NCBI GenBank assembly: GCA_027923505.1
Contig: BROI01000003.1
Span: forward strand, 992,001-1,056,000
From: Mayamaea pseudoterrestris
Lineage: Eukaryota
Direction: 5' to 3'
Length of the DNA stretch: 64,000 bases
The notes below the pieces were generated by a model. It was given only the letters and a program-made list of their open reading frames with translations, did not search any database and had not been told where the DNA came from. Both the position numbers and the translations under genes were made by a program. Position 1 is the stretch's first letter, and each line of letters begins with the position of its first letter. Of this stretch, positions 1 through 11,904 are shown piece after piece.

Positions 1-1502
1 CCCTTCAAGAAACCGCCGAGAAAATTCTCTTCTTTCAGTTCCAGCATTCCACCTGGATCAAAAGACGGTCCGAGCATCATGACGCCGACAAGGTTAAGGG
101 CGCCAAGGGCGACGCACTGCGAAAATAGATTGAACGGAAGATGCGTCAAGCGAAACAGCGATTCGGAAAGGTAACAAGGAAGCTCCAATGTTGATTTCGT
201 TCGTCTCAACGAATCTTGTCGGTATAGAATCGATCGCCAGTCACTTTCGTCTTGCTCAGCAATAAACTCATGCGATCGTAACGCAACTTCAGATTCTGCC
301 AAGAGCTCTGGGAAAGTAAAGGTTGCATCCTGCAAAGACGTTTTAGAACTTGAAGGTTGGCCATTGAAATGAGCCACGATGAGCAGCCCTTGTTCCGTGA
401 TCCGTGCCGCGTCGCCCACATGGGCTGGCGGATAGTCTGCGTACGGACACAATTCGAGCAAAGTCACGCCAGTATTGCTGGACAGATGCTTGACGATATA
501 CGCGGCCCGCATATGCCATCGTTCCACTGGTGTCGGGCCCGGCTGGAACGGAGAAGGACCAAACAAGAATTCAACTGCCACTGAAAGAAGACCTCGATGT
601 TCCGCCGAAACGTCGGATGTCGTCCTGACTATGGCTTCATCGGAATCGCTGCGTCGAACGAGGCTTACGCCCTCTACGCCATATGCGCTGTCATGTATAG
701 CGACGGATCGCCCACCCCATCCTCGAAAAGCTCTTTGTCGCCGTCTTGAAAGCTGACTGACGCGCAACCAATAAAAAGCATTCATCGGATTGCCGCAACA
801 AACCGACAGGCACAAGGATGTGTCGTAGGCCATCTCTCTGTAGAAACTGCCTTCTCCTCCATCATCGGGCCCGAATAGAGCAAAACACCACAACAGCTGT
901 CGCATAGTATATAGGAGTGTTTGGATCTGACGCATTACGCGCTGGGCGCCATTGTTACTGTTTCCACTTCGACCAAGCGCAATCAATGCCGCAACTAGCC
1001 CAGCAATTGCAGCAATGCACAGAATCAAGAGCGAAAGAATCAAGCCAAATGCAGTCACTATCTGAACGACTCGAAGAGCCACATATCCAATTCGAACCAA
1101 AGCTTCGCGAATACTTTCTGCTCGCCGCGCCCTCATGGCGCGCTTTGCAAAATCATGTGGAAAGTAAAATACCATTACTGGTTGAGGACTCTTTGGCAAG
1201 GATTCAAACTCAAACCATGCCCCATGCTCTCCTCCTCCAACGGCTGTTAGTAAACCACAAAGTTCAGCGCAGGCGTCTTCAACTGATATGCCAAGATCTG
1301 CGGCCAAGCGAGCGGGCCGAATGATGAACGCGTTATCATTCGTCTTTTCCTTACAAGATTGAACGACTTCAATGACTCGTTTGTCGAGAGGACGAGGGAT
1401 ATTCAATTCATCATTTGAAGCAAGATCACTGTCTTTGTTTTCAGTAAAATCATCGTTTCGATCAATCGATAGTGACGCCACGCGACTGATGGCCATCGCC
1501 AT
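1..1502 (-). CDS. Membrane protein resembling the At5g03900/cyanobacterial uncharacterised family; 3' end runs off the window
   Basis: Hand translation from ATG 1502 stays open to base 1 (absent from the ORF track because it has no stop): MAMAISRVAS...RPARLAADLGISVEDA...VFYFPHDF...hydrophobic segment...VEFLFGP...ERWHMRAAYI...ELCPYAD...HFNGQP...FTFPEL...ALGALNLVG. The motif order matches my recollection of that family. Confidence 0.7.
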   Translation of the reverse strand, partial: MAMAISRVASLSIDRNDDFTENKDSDLASNDELNIPRPLDKRVIEVVQSCKEKTNDNAFIIRPARLAADLGISVEDACAELCGLLTAVGGGEHGAWFEFESLPKSPQPVMVFYFPHDFAKRAMRARRAESIREALVRIGYVALRVVQIVTAFGLILSLLILCIAAIAGLVAALIALGRSGNSNNGAQRVMRQIQTLLYTMRQLLWCFALFGPDDGGEGSFYREMAYDTSLCLSVCCGNPMNAFYWLRVSQLSRRRQRAFRGWGGRSVAIHDSAYGVEGVSLVRRSDSDEAIVRTTSDVSAEHRGLLSVAVEFLFGPSPFQPGPTPVERWHMRAAYIVKHLSSNTGVTLLELCPYADYPPAHVGDAARITEQGLLIVAHFNGQPSSSKTSLQDATFTFPELLAESEVALRSHEFIAEQDESDWRSILYRQDSLRRTKSTLELPCYLSESLFRLTHLPFNLFSQCVALGALNLVGVMMLGPSFDPGGMLELKEENFLGGFLK

Positions 1503-1729
1503 GGTGAGAATCTGGAAACGGAGATCGATGCGGCGCGTTCATCTATTTAGTACCGATACGACTGATATTCAATGAGAACACGTCATCAAGGCTTAAATAC
1601 TGATACTGAAAACGTGACTGTTACTCATAGCCCAAACTCAAGACCATGGGAGGCGACTGTGAATCTCAAGTGCCAATGAACTCGACGAAAGCGCGACTCT
1701 GCTGCACTGGTCGTCCATTAAGGTAAAGC

Positions 1730-2773
1730 ATGATCCCACACTTTGCAAAGCATTCTCACGCGAAGAAAGCGACGGCAGCTGTTGCATCATGCTTGGTCGC
1801 GAGTACGACATCGCGCGACACCGACGTTCGCGTGGAGGAACATGGAGCAGTCCGTCGATCGACCTCGACCACTACCACTACTTGTCGTTGTGACGAGGCG
1901 CCAACGAAGCATCAGACTTTCCATGACCGTTGTCCAAAGACGCAGACTTTACCGAAAGTACCATACCCAGCTTGGGAATATGACTGGGATGGTCGCTTGA
2001 CGCCGCGCACTTCTTTGGAGTCCATGCGTACCGTCGACGGTCTTAAAGCCTCCAAATCTGGTACGACGCGGCACATCATCATGGTCCGACACGGACAATA
2101 CGATATGAGCCATCCGGACGATGACGAAAAGTGCACTTTGACCGCTCTGGGTCGTCGTCAAGCCTTGCGGACCGGACAACGAATTGCTTTGATGACGCAG
2201 CAACTCCAGACTCCGGTCACCACAGATGGATCCAACGCTTCAGCCATTTGGATTTCCGCCATTCACCAAAGCAACATGGCTCGAGCCAAGGAGACTGCTA
2301 GTATCATCGCTTCCCAACTGCCGACGGTGGAGCTGCATCACCCAGATGCAAGTCTAAATGAAGCAATTCCGGCTCCCATGATACCCTTGCGACCAGACGT
2401 CCCAAATGCCAAGCAAGAGATTGATGAGCACCATGAACGCATTGAAGAAGCGTTTCGAAAATACTTTTGGCGGGCCGTGAATACCAAAAGTGATGGTGAT
2501 GGCGCAGACGAATCGGCAACGCGCAGCGAAGTGCACCAGCAACACGAATTTGAGATAATTGTTGGACATGCCAACATTATTCGTTACTTTGTTTGCAGGG
2601 CTCTACAGCTGCCACCCGAGGCATGGCTGCGCATGTCCATTTTCAACTGCAGCATGACCTACATTATGATCCAACCGAACGGCTACGTGACGGTGCGTTT
2701 GCTTGGCGACACTGGTCATTTGCCATATGAAGAGACCACCTTTTCTGGAAACCATGGATGGAATTGGTCGTAA
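1730..2773 (+). CDS. PGAM5: PGAM5-like histidine-phosphatase-family Ser/Thr protein phosphatase
   Basis: WEYDWD N-terminal motif, RHIIMVRHGQY catalytic motif, RAKETA, VGHANIIRYFVCRALQLPPEAWLR, GDTGHL. Confidence 0.9.
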   Translation: MIPHFAKHSHAKKATAAVASCLVASTTSRDTDVRVEEHGAVRRSTSTTTTTCRCDEAPTKHQTFHDRCPKTQTLPKVPYPAWEYDWDGRLTPRTSLESMRTVDGLKASKSGTTRHIIMVRHGQYDMSHPDDDEKCTLTALGRRQALRTGQRIALMTQQLQTPVTTDGSNASAIWISAIHQSNMARAKETASIIASQLPTVELHHPDASLNEAIPAPMIPLRPDVPNAKQEIDEHHERIEEAFRKYFWRAVNTKSDGDGADESATRSEVHQQHEFEIIVGHANIIRYFVCRALQLPPEAWLRMSIFNCSMTYIMIQPNGYVTVRLLGDTGHLPYEETTFSGNHGWNWS

Positions 2774-3285
2774 CAAACATCAGCACGCGCTGAAACTGAA
2801 TGATTTTGAAACGAACATGTGACATGCGACTCTCGGTACGCGCGGAGGACAAATTGACTGTTACTCACCGGGTAGCTGCTTCCGTCATGCATGCATAGTG
2901 ATTTTTACAAAGGTCAATGCTGACAACCTTTTCATATTAATACCCATCAGCAGGCTGATCAATGCTTACAACTGTATCATAGTCCTATCATAGTCCTACT
3001 AGTTTGTGCTGTCTGACCGGTTCTCTTCATTGTCGCGCGGGCGCCGCGACGACCGCGCACCGCGAGATGCGAATGCATGTACCGGTATGGATGGATGCTC
3101 CATTGCCCATCCTTTTACTGTTGATACCAGCACCTTTGACAATACCTGCATATCGATTATTACCAGACATCTCGTTTTGCATTGCCTGAAACGGTCCATT
3201 GCCGCCGTTGACTGCAGCGGTGGACCACACGCACATATCACAGAACTACGATAGCGCGCGAGAAGAGTTCAACTGCAAACCAACC

Positions 3286-3537
3286 ATGAGCTTGTTGGCA
3301 CAAGTCTGCGCTTTTCTGTTAAACGTTTTGAAATTGATCAAACGGCGAGTGCGAAAAGTGTTTCACAAACCGAATTGGGAGCAGGAGCAAGGTCAGATGT
3401 ATGAAGTCATTCAGCAGCTACGGAACACGGCGCTAGACGGTGACGACCCATCGTCATCGTCGTCTGATTCCATCTCATCTTACGGCTATGGAGACCGTGT
3501 TTCGCCATTATCATCGTCGAACAATTCTCTGGCTTGA
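3286..3537 (+). CDS. Small hypothetical protein
   Basis: ATG-initiated ORF MSLLAQVCAF... with a Ser-rich tail; no recognisable motif. Confidence 0.25.
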   Translation: MSLLAQVCAFLLNVLKLIKRRVRKVFHKPNWEQEQGQMYEVIQQLRNTALDGDDPSSSSSDSISSYGYGDRVSPLSSSNNSLA

Positions 3538-3818
3538 CGGGTGGTTTTGAGTCAAACAGCTTTGCTGGTCACCGATCGTTGAAATGCAAGAATGTAAGCA
3601 ATCTTCACGCGGGCAGCGAGTTAGCAATTACGTGAATCACTGCCTCTTTCTTGTAATCATGACGAGTCATTTTTTCAAGGGTGCTTTGATGTCATTCAGC
3701 CAAAAAAGAGGCCAATTGACCTTCTGAATGGATGCGCACGAATTTTTGAACAAATAAGCAGTCGAATGCTTAATGAATAACATTCACTAATTAGAGATTC
3801 ATATACATTACAATTTTA

Positions 3819-5235
3819 TCAAAGATCGACCGTCTGCATTTGTCGTGGCGATGCTGGTGGACTATCCTCCCCAGCGCTGTCGCTTTCACTTCGATTTAGC
3901 GCAACAGTCGGACTGCTTGTTCTATAGGAAGGCGTTCTAAAATGTGAATGATTGCCCCAACCAGAGTGCTGCACCGACTCGGCATCCATTGATGTTCCTG
4001 CATACGAGCTTCCCGCGTACGTGTCGCCAGCCACGGTCATGTCTCCACCGGCATCGACAAACTTGACAACGTCGTGGCCCTCACCATTGTCACTGCCTCC
4101 TCGCCGAAACGCAACTATGCCACCCGCTAGAACGATAAGAATTCCTGCACCTGCGGCTGCGATACCACCAATAGCAGCCGATGACATTGATGCAAATGGG
4201 TTAGAAAACATTGCCGCAGACTGGGGCATTGCTTTAAACTCCACCGCCGTTGTTGTCTGAAAAATGTTGCTAGGTGGGAGCGCCGCCAGATTGGCCAAAT
4301 ATGTGTCAAGCTCTCCAGAAGCTGAAAAGGCCTCCTCCAGCAAAGCATCCAGTTCATCAACAGTAGGTCGAGTGTCAGAGGATGGATCAACTGTTACTTC
4401 TGTAGTGAAAGTAATGTTCACTGGCTCATTCGGACCGACGAACGAAAAGCTATCGCGGGTCGTGTTCGAATACAAGAACTGCACCGACGACCCGTTTTGG
4501 AAATACTGTGCCATTTGCTCCTTGACAAAGTTGTCTGTGACATCAGTGACCCCAGTGTAGTCTGTATCGATAGGGATGCGATCAAGTTCCAGCGTATAAC
4601 TCAACTGGTAGGGTGTTGCCGCAATCGGCCCAGTTTCGGATGGTTCTGATGCAGACGACGGCGCATTCGTGCCTATAGAAGAAGATGGTGCTGGTTCATT
4701 GGGTTCCATACTAGTTGGTGAAGCAATACTGGGCACGCGAGCAGTTGGAACGCTTGGAGTCGGTACTTATGAATCATGTGAAATAGCGTGGTGGTGAGAA
4801 TTGGAGGGATATTGCATCGACGAGCGCAAGCGACAAGTATGACGACGAGTGGAACTTACCATGCGGAACAGCAACTTCTTCACATTCCAAATTATGTTTG
4901 GGTGCTTTCGGCAGCTTTCCTTTGCCTCTAATCATGGGAAGAATCGTCACATTGTGATGGTGGCCCCTCCGTTCCTTCAGAATCTTTGGTGGTGGAGGCG
5001 GCGGCGGGCAGCCCTTCGATCCTTTGGACGCACCTTTGACTCCCTTGGACCCTTTAATGGCCTTCGAAGCCATTTTAAAACTGCCATGGGGCATGCTAAA
5101 GCTCATACTCATGCTCATTTCGTGGAACGCAAGGCTCCGCGCAGCTCGCTCCTCGGGCACCTCGACGGCGTATGTGCACGACAGCACCAGCGCAAGGCTG
5201 AGTAACATTGATTGTTGCAGCTTTCTTCGTACCAT
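3819..5235 (-). CDS. Diatom-type secreted/type I membrane protein (2 exons: 5235-4860, 4765-3819)
   Basis: Signal peptide (MVRRKLQQSMLLSLALVLSCTYA), RSL site, KGSK-rich and poly-Pro segments. The GTAAGT...TAAG intron 4859-4766 joins the exons in frame to a Pro/Ser/Thr linker, a globular domain, one TM helix (AAIGGIAAAGAGILIVLAGGIVAF) and a Ser-rich cytosolic tail. Confidence 0.75.
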
Positions 5236-5500
5236 GACTGTTGTACTTGATTGATGTCTTGATGTAATACTACCTTTCAACTGCTGAGTTTATGCACAAG
5301 CAACCATTTTTGTCATTACAACGGTGAAGCGATCACCTTTGCACGACACGGAAGAAAAATGCTGGCCAAAAAATTCAAACTCAACGCTCGAAAACACGTC
5401 GGAGCGGTACTGAGGAGTACCGCTGCGAGATTTTTGTGGTTGACATGGCGCGCCGCTCGACCAAGGCCAACAAAACGGTCGACATTGCACTGCATGGACG

Positions 5501-6337
5501 ATGAAGGTCTCAAGTGCGATTTGCTTTCTCTGCCTTACTCTATTCCTAGTAGAAAGCGAATCCTTTCAGCTGCGGCGTCTTCAATCTCGAGTTCTCAATC
5601 AAACCCGACTTGTCAATCCGACTGCTACTGCTACCACAGAACATCGTTCGTCGTCACACCAGCATTGCCCTGCCTACCATCGACTCTCGTTGACACAACT
5701 AGCCAAAATAAGTTCCAACGGCGCGGATGACAGGAACACTAACATGGCAGTCTCGTTGGTCGGTAGCACGACATCAGCATTGGTCTCGATTACATTCTTT
5801 TGCGTCTTGGCTTGGAAGCGTGACGCCATCATGGTGACGTTCTTCATTGGCAGCATCCTGAACGGAATTCTTTCCAAAGTATTGAAAAAGGCCATTGGCG
5901 AGAGTCGGCCGCCGGAGCTCGAAACGCTGGAAATGAGCGTCAAACCAAGTGACGGTGGCATGCCAAGCTCACACGCCATGAGCCTTGGCTTTATTGGCAT
6001 TTTTACTGCACTATGTCTGCCGTGGACGAGACCTCTCATTGCTATTTACATTCTGGTAAGCCTTTACTATCGCGTCGCTGTCAATCTACACACGGTCGAA
6101 CAGATTGTCGTCGGACTTGTCCTTGGCACTGCACATGGGACGATGTGGTACCAGTTTTGTCAAGGAGCGACCGTCTTTGGAGTCACGCCTAAAGCAATTG
6201 TCGCCAGCCAGCTGTTAGATGAACAAGGTATTCTACCTTGGCCAGCATTGGTTGTTCCTATGATTGTAGGAGCTGCCGTGGTAGGGAGCTTTGAACGAAG
6301 GATAACCCAGTGGCTTCGTGAGACGAAGCAAGACTAA
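5501..6337 (+). CDS. PAP2-family lipid phosphate phosphatase (dolichyl-diphosphate phosphatase-like), probably organelle-targeted
   Basis: KKAIGESRP (C1), GMPSSH (C2), YRVAVNLHTVEQIVVG (C3), several TM helices, signal peptide followed by F. Confidence 0.85.
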   Translation: MKVSSAICFLCLTLFLVESESFQLRRLQSRVLNQTRLVNPTATATTEHRSSSHQHCPAYHRLSLTQLAKISSNGADDRNTNMAVSLVGSTTSALVSITFFCVLAWKRDAIMVTFFIGSILNGILSKVLKKAIGESRPPELETLEMSVKPSDGGMPSSHAMSLGFIGIFTALCLPWTRPLIAIYILVSLYYRVAVNLHTVEQIVVGLVLGTAHGTMWYQFCQGATVFGVTPKAIVASQLLDEQGILPWPALVVPMIVGAAVVGSFERRITQWLRETKQD

Positions 6338-6487
6338 ACGTCTTTGCTACCATATACGTTACAAGGCAGTTGCCAAATCAGGAGAATTTCTTTAATTATG
6401 TATGTAAATATGTAGTTAAAAATTTGATTGACTGCCGCAGTGTTGATGACAGACTACCATTCGGACCATCGCCTTGAGCTCATTCTA

Positions 6488-7275
6488 TCATTGATTCGTA
6501 ATCATGGCACCAGCTCCCACTGGCTGCATCTGAAAAGCATCTTGTTGCAGCAATGAGAATATCCCATACGGCGGCTGGATCGGTGTATTGTTGATGACAA
6601 GATTCTCAATCTTGTGCTCTACAATGAGTCCACTCTCGGAATCCAACTGATAATAGGAAATGCCATCTACGTGTAGAGGACGGCCGAGTAGAATCTTTGG
6701 GATCAAAACGGCGTGCCACGAAACGCGAATGGAGCTCCGACATTGATCGTACACCATGCGGAACTGGATACTGGGGCTGAACCAAAAATTGACAAATGTT
6801 TTAAAAAAGGCAAAGGCACTCTTGTATTGGTTTATTCCATGTAGCTGTACACCCGATGGATCGAGAAGCGTAATGTCCTTGTGATATATCGAGAAGTCTG
6901 TAGCATAAAGAAGCAATTATGTGAGACTCAGCATACGAAAGGCGGGTATAAAATTGATGATGTGCGCAATGCATAAATTGCCGTACCTGGCTTGTCTGTC
7001 AAAATTGTCTGCATGTCCTTCCTCAAAGTATCCATGGCACGGCCTAGCTTGACGTGATACTCCTGACGTTCGTCAACAATCCCTTGCAACACTGGCGGTA
7101 GGTCAATTTTTGTGTTGGTGGCGACAGATTCAACTACCCACGCAGATTCAATCGATTGAGTCAGAGAGGAAGGTGATCGGAACCTCGCCGACGCAGACTG
7201 AAAGCCGCTTGCTCCTGAGAGTAGCATCAGCACGGTGCATAGCAATGCTCGTATAGTTGGATACCTAGCGCTCAT
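6488..7275 (-). CDS. DUF2358/NTF2-like protein, likely plastid-targeted (2 exons: 7275-6987, 6897-6488)
   Basis: Signal peptide plus ASG-F. The GT...CAG intron 6986-6898 restores DKPDFSIYHKDI; also F/L-DP, G...Y and DGISYY...IVEH motifs. Confidence 0.75.
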
Positions 7276-7633
7276 TGTTGTTTTATAGCTGCAAAAAAGC
7301 CTTTATAGTACTCACTCTCACGCTAACGAAGTGGTGCTGAAAGATGCAGTTTGATATCGCGAAAGATTGATGGCTCTCTGGTGGATGACGTTTGTCACCT
7401 TTGTCGCTTCTGATTGGACGAGCACGTGATGGTCATCGCAAAGTTGAGACTCGTACCGGTAGTGGCTGTCAGAGCCATCATACCGGTACTCAAGCTGAAC
7501 GTGACGACGAGGTCCTTCTGTCGGAAGATCCAATTCATCCTGGATCGAAAAGATCGTCTCCGAAGCAACGCCAATCACCCCTCCATTGATAAAGATCTCT
7601 GCTTTTGTTCAAGCATAGAAGCGATCTGTCAAG

Positions 7634-9090
7634 ATGGGTTTCTTGTCTCGTGCCATTGCTGATCAGTTTGAGAAGGCCAAACCGGCCGAGCTAGACGTTG
7701 ACATTCGCATGATTTCAGGTGCGTGACGGCAGCTGATTACTTTGCTTCGGTTGTTGGATGGCTTCAGAAGGAAGCCTTGCCGGCTCATTCGTAATTGCAT
7801 CTTGCTCGTTCGTCTTTCTTGGTAAACTCACCTCTTGCTTTTGACCGTTCGTCTTTGTCATTCAGGATGCGACGACCATCAAACGTCGGCCGATGTTTCC
7901 AATGTGAAAAACTTCAAGCTGCCGAATGCAGCCGGTCACGCCGGAGGAGCCTGCACGAGTACCCTCTTGAGCATTCTCTACAAGGACGAGAAGACGCCCA
8001 AGGACACTCTTTCGTTTGTCCAGGTTCTTGAAAAGATGCGAAAGAGTTTAAGTTCGAGCAGCTACACGCAGATTCCGCAAATGACAAGCAGCAAGCCAAT
8101 TGATATGAAAAAGGATTTCGATTTGGTGCCTCCATCGGCTACAGGAACTCGCCGGGCCGTCATGATTGGAATCAACTATGTTGGTAAGTCAAGGGTATTG
8201 CGGAAATGAATGAATATGCTATCCTTGAGCAGCATATTGCAGCCTATTGATTGTTATTCCGTCATGGAGATCTGGTCACGCGTAACTGCCTTTACTAACA
8301 AGCAATCATACTTTCTAGGCCACGAAACTGGTGAGCTGAAGGGATGTCACTTTGATACATTGAACATGAAGCGTTACATTCAAAAGGTTCACAAGTTCAA
8401 GCCCGATAACATACAGCTCTTGCTTGATGACGGCGAACAAACAATGCCAACGCGCGCCAACATTTTGAAGGCACTCAAGAAAATGGTTGCTGCAGCTGAA
8501 CCAGGAGACGCCTTGTTTGTTCATTACTCGGGGCATGGAGCGAAAATGAAGGATGATACGGGGTAAGTTACGAGTGCAGTTGGACACCAATGATGCGACT
8601 GTCATGGCAGGCGCTCATTGTGCGAATCATTCATTCATTTGTTCTCGTAAAATTCCGTATTGACAAACCATTTCTCTTGGATTTGTCGCAGCGACGAGCA
8701 TGATGGTTATGACGAGACGCTCGTCCCGGTTGATTACGACAAGGGCGTTCCGTTTATTCGCGACGATGGTATGTGCGCAAGTTGCTTGATTGGCACTGAC
8801 TTGTCAAACCACCATGTTCATTTCCTCACCCTCGTCATCACAATTCCAACTATATAGACCTGTACGACATTCTCGTCAAGCCGATGCCGAAGGGAGCGCA
8901 TCTCTTTTGTCTCTTTGACTGCTGCCACAGCGGAACGGTCTTGGACTTGCCCTACCAGTTCAAGCCGGGTCGGGACAATGCCGATACTGGAATGCAGCTG
9001 CTTGAGAACTTTGACTACAAGCGCTTCATGAGCAAGCTTGGAACGGGAGAGAATGCCGTCGAATTTCTCATGGCGGCACTCAAGACGTAA
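7634..9090 (+). CDS. Type III metacaspase (p10 domain N-terminal to p20); 5 exons: 7634-7718, 7866-8183, 8319-8562, 8692-8768, 8858-9090
   Basis: MGFLSRAIADQFEKAKP...IRMISGCDDHQTSAD...GGACT...QIPQMTSS (p10), then RRAVMIGINY, HYSGHG, DGYDETLVPVD, DCCHSG (p20). All four introns are GT-AG and keep the frame. Confidence 0.92.
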
Positions 9091-9215
9091 TCAGGGTGGA
9101 GCGTATACGGTTGTGGTATGGAAGCTCTGGCGATTTGTGCTTTCCTATATTCAGGCAAATGATTGAAGATGAATCTAAAACATAACGAAAATGTTATAAA
9201 ATTACATAACCGAGA

Positions 9216-11904
9216 CTACGATATAGCGCAGTAGTCTTCACAGTTGCACTTTACATCCGCTTGCGGTGCAACCGAAACATCATTCTCATCCTCATGGAAG
9301 ACATCTTTACTGTACGCCGCCAATATCTTGGTGATAGTCGTAAACGCCGGCCGCAGACTTGGGTTCTCGTCCCAGCACTCCTTCAAAAGGTTTTGTAACC
9401 GAGCGTCAAGCTCGCGGGGAACAATTGGACGGTCACCGACTTCGGCCGCTCGCTTGACAGCTTGCATACCAGGAAGTTGCGGCCAAGGCGGTCGACCAAC
9501 AAATAAGTAAAACAAAATCATCGCGTAAGAATAGATATCAACCGTCTCGTTGTAGTCCTTGTGCAGAAATACTTCCGGCGCTGATATTTAAAGACAAATA
9601 ATTTGCTGTCAGAGAGGAAAGTTTGTGACGTGTATGAATAATATGCATATGCTACTTACCCATGAATCGATAGCTGCCAGTCTCGCCCGTCATGGTAAAT
9701 CGATCTGTTTCCTTCTTGTTGGGATCGGGACGAACCTTGCTCAAACCAAAATCGGAAATCTTAAGCATGCCTATGCATTCGGCGAGAAACAGAATGAGAA
9801 AAAGTGAAGCGCAAACAAGTTTTAACCAATCAATCATCGTTTCGCACCTGAATGATCAATGAGCAAGTTGGCGGGTTTTAAATCCCTGTGTATGATGGGA
9901 GGACGGCACGAATGGAGATAGGTCATTCCTTGAGCAAGCTGCCGTGCGTATACAATGGCTGTGCGATGCCTCATTTTGCTGCCTTGGATAATGTGCGCCT
10001 TAAATATATCCAGCAGCGAGCACTTCATGAGCTCAGAAATAAGGCACTCATAATTTTCCGTAGTCGAGTATGCCAACAGGAGCACAATGTGCGGGTGACG
10101 CAAGCCCTTCAAGACGGAAATTTCCTGGCGAAAGTCGGCCAGCGCAATTACCTTGGCTTCCTGGTCAAGCTCTGCTTCGTCAATCTCTTTGATGGCATCG
10201 TCCACGTCCTTGCCATCATTCAAAGCTTTTGACATGCGCTTAATGACCCAATCTCGTCGAATCTTTGCCGTCTTGATAATCTTGGCCGCCACAAGTGTCC
10301 CTCGCCATCGACACTTGTAGATTTCACCAAACGCGCCACTGCCAATTTTGTCAATCATTTCCAGCTCGTCAAACTGTACCTGCATATTATCCTGTTGTCG
10401 CCGACTGGAGGCATCCAAAAAGTCTGGCGACGACTGCTCCTGCTGCTGAATCATAGACGCTGACATTGCCGATCCAACGTGAGCCCCATACTTTTCCAAA
10501 ACATGCTGACACTCATCGTGTCGATTCTGAATGGCATCGTCCAACGGCGTTCGATGCCAGCGATCTTCAACATTTACATCTGCGCCAGCCTCGCACAGGG
10601 CATTGACAATGGCAACGTGTCCTTCACCTGCCGCCAAGTGCAAAGCCGTCCGACTATTGTAGTCTCCCTTGTTAATGTCAAAGACTGGAGCAGCAGCCTG
10701 ACCATTGGCGACAGGAGTAGTATTGATGGCTGCTGCAACAGCCGCTTTTCGATCAGCCACTGCCTTTGCTTCCTTGGCCGTTGCATCCAAAATCATGGTG
10801 ACTTCATCCAAGTCCCCATCCGCCGCCGCCTTGATAAAATTGACCAATCGATTGCCACTTCCCGTCGAAGCTCCCTTGTTGCGCAAATACAGGGCCACTT
10901 GTTGATGCCGATGTCGGTGCGCATCATCCAATGGACTGCCACCCCATCGGTCACTTCTATTCAAACGCGCCTGGCATTCCTCAATCAAGAATTTGCAAAC
11001 ATGCAAGTGCCCCTCACTCGCTGCAACATGCATGGCGGTGCGCCGATCGTAATCGCGAAAGTCAACATTGGTTTTCTTGTCGGCGAGCAATAAGCGCATG
11101 GCGCTGACATCGCCACGAGCGGCAGCTTGGAGCAAGTTGCAGCCAGCGGCGAATTGTTCTGGTGGCTGTTTATAGGGTGTGAGCGTTAAACAACAGTGGA
11201 AGTAAATAAAGACTGAGAGTTTCATTCTCGCAAAGCATGCAGCCCAAAACGCAACAAAGTCTACCATTTCTGCTTACCATCTCCAAGTCTTGTCGATTGG
11301 CAAGAATGCCTGCACCCGCCCAATTATGTTCCGTATTGCTGAGCTGACTGCACTGCAAAACGTCCGTCTCAACGCTGTTGTTAACGCTTCGTCCATTCGC
11401 CGTTGGCATAGATTGACTCATAATGGCGGCAGCGTGACTACTGCTGCTCGTAGTATGATGATGGTAGTGCTGTCCAGCATGCAGGACTCGCTGAATCAAT
11501 CCTCGACTTCGCGATGTACTCTTTTCCGTCCGCGGCACGCCAACGCTTCCAGCTGGCGGACCTGGAATAACGTCTTCATTACTTCCCACTGGAAACAAGT
11601 CTTCGTCATCATCCTCAATCGCAATGACAACTCCCTTCTTAGTAAGCTTGGTTGGACTATTACTAGAGGTTGATAACGTATGATTGTAATTACTGCTTGC
11701 ATTCGCACCATGATTCATGCGCTGTCCTCCACTCCCCTTGCGCGACAAACCGGCTGGCGGCGGCGGTGGCAGCGACGGTGAAACTCCCATATTGGCAAAT
11801 CCGTATTCAAGTAGATTAGGAGACGTGTGATTTCTGTTGGACATTGTCAATGGTCGATTGCTATTGTGCATATCATTCTTCTTGTCGGCCATGGTGCTCG
11901 TCAT
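9216..11904 (-). CDS. Ankyrin-repeat TKL protein kinase (ILK/MAP3K-like); exons 11904-11278, 11165-9848, 9770-9660, 9580-9216
   Basis: Two ankyrin clusters (DYDRRTAMHVAA, DYNSRTALHLAA), GSGAFG, VAAK, HRDLKPAN, DFG, and APE restored by splicing. Confidence 0.9.

Noticed and set aside
917..1324. 135-aa plus-strand ORF and other short ORFs in 200-1575
   Set aside because: They are antisense or off-frame to the long minus-strand gene
2976..2998. 11-bp tandem duplication atcatagtcct
   Set aside because: Two copies only; ordinary slippage
7414..7662. 82-aa ORF as the metacaspase N-terminus
   Set aside because: Different frame; ATG 7634 gives the conserved MGFL... start and splices correctly
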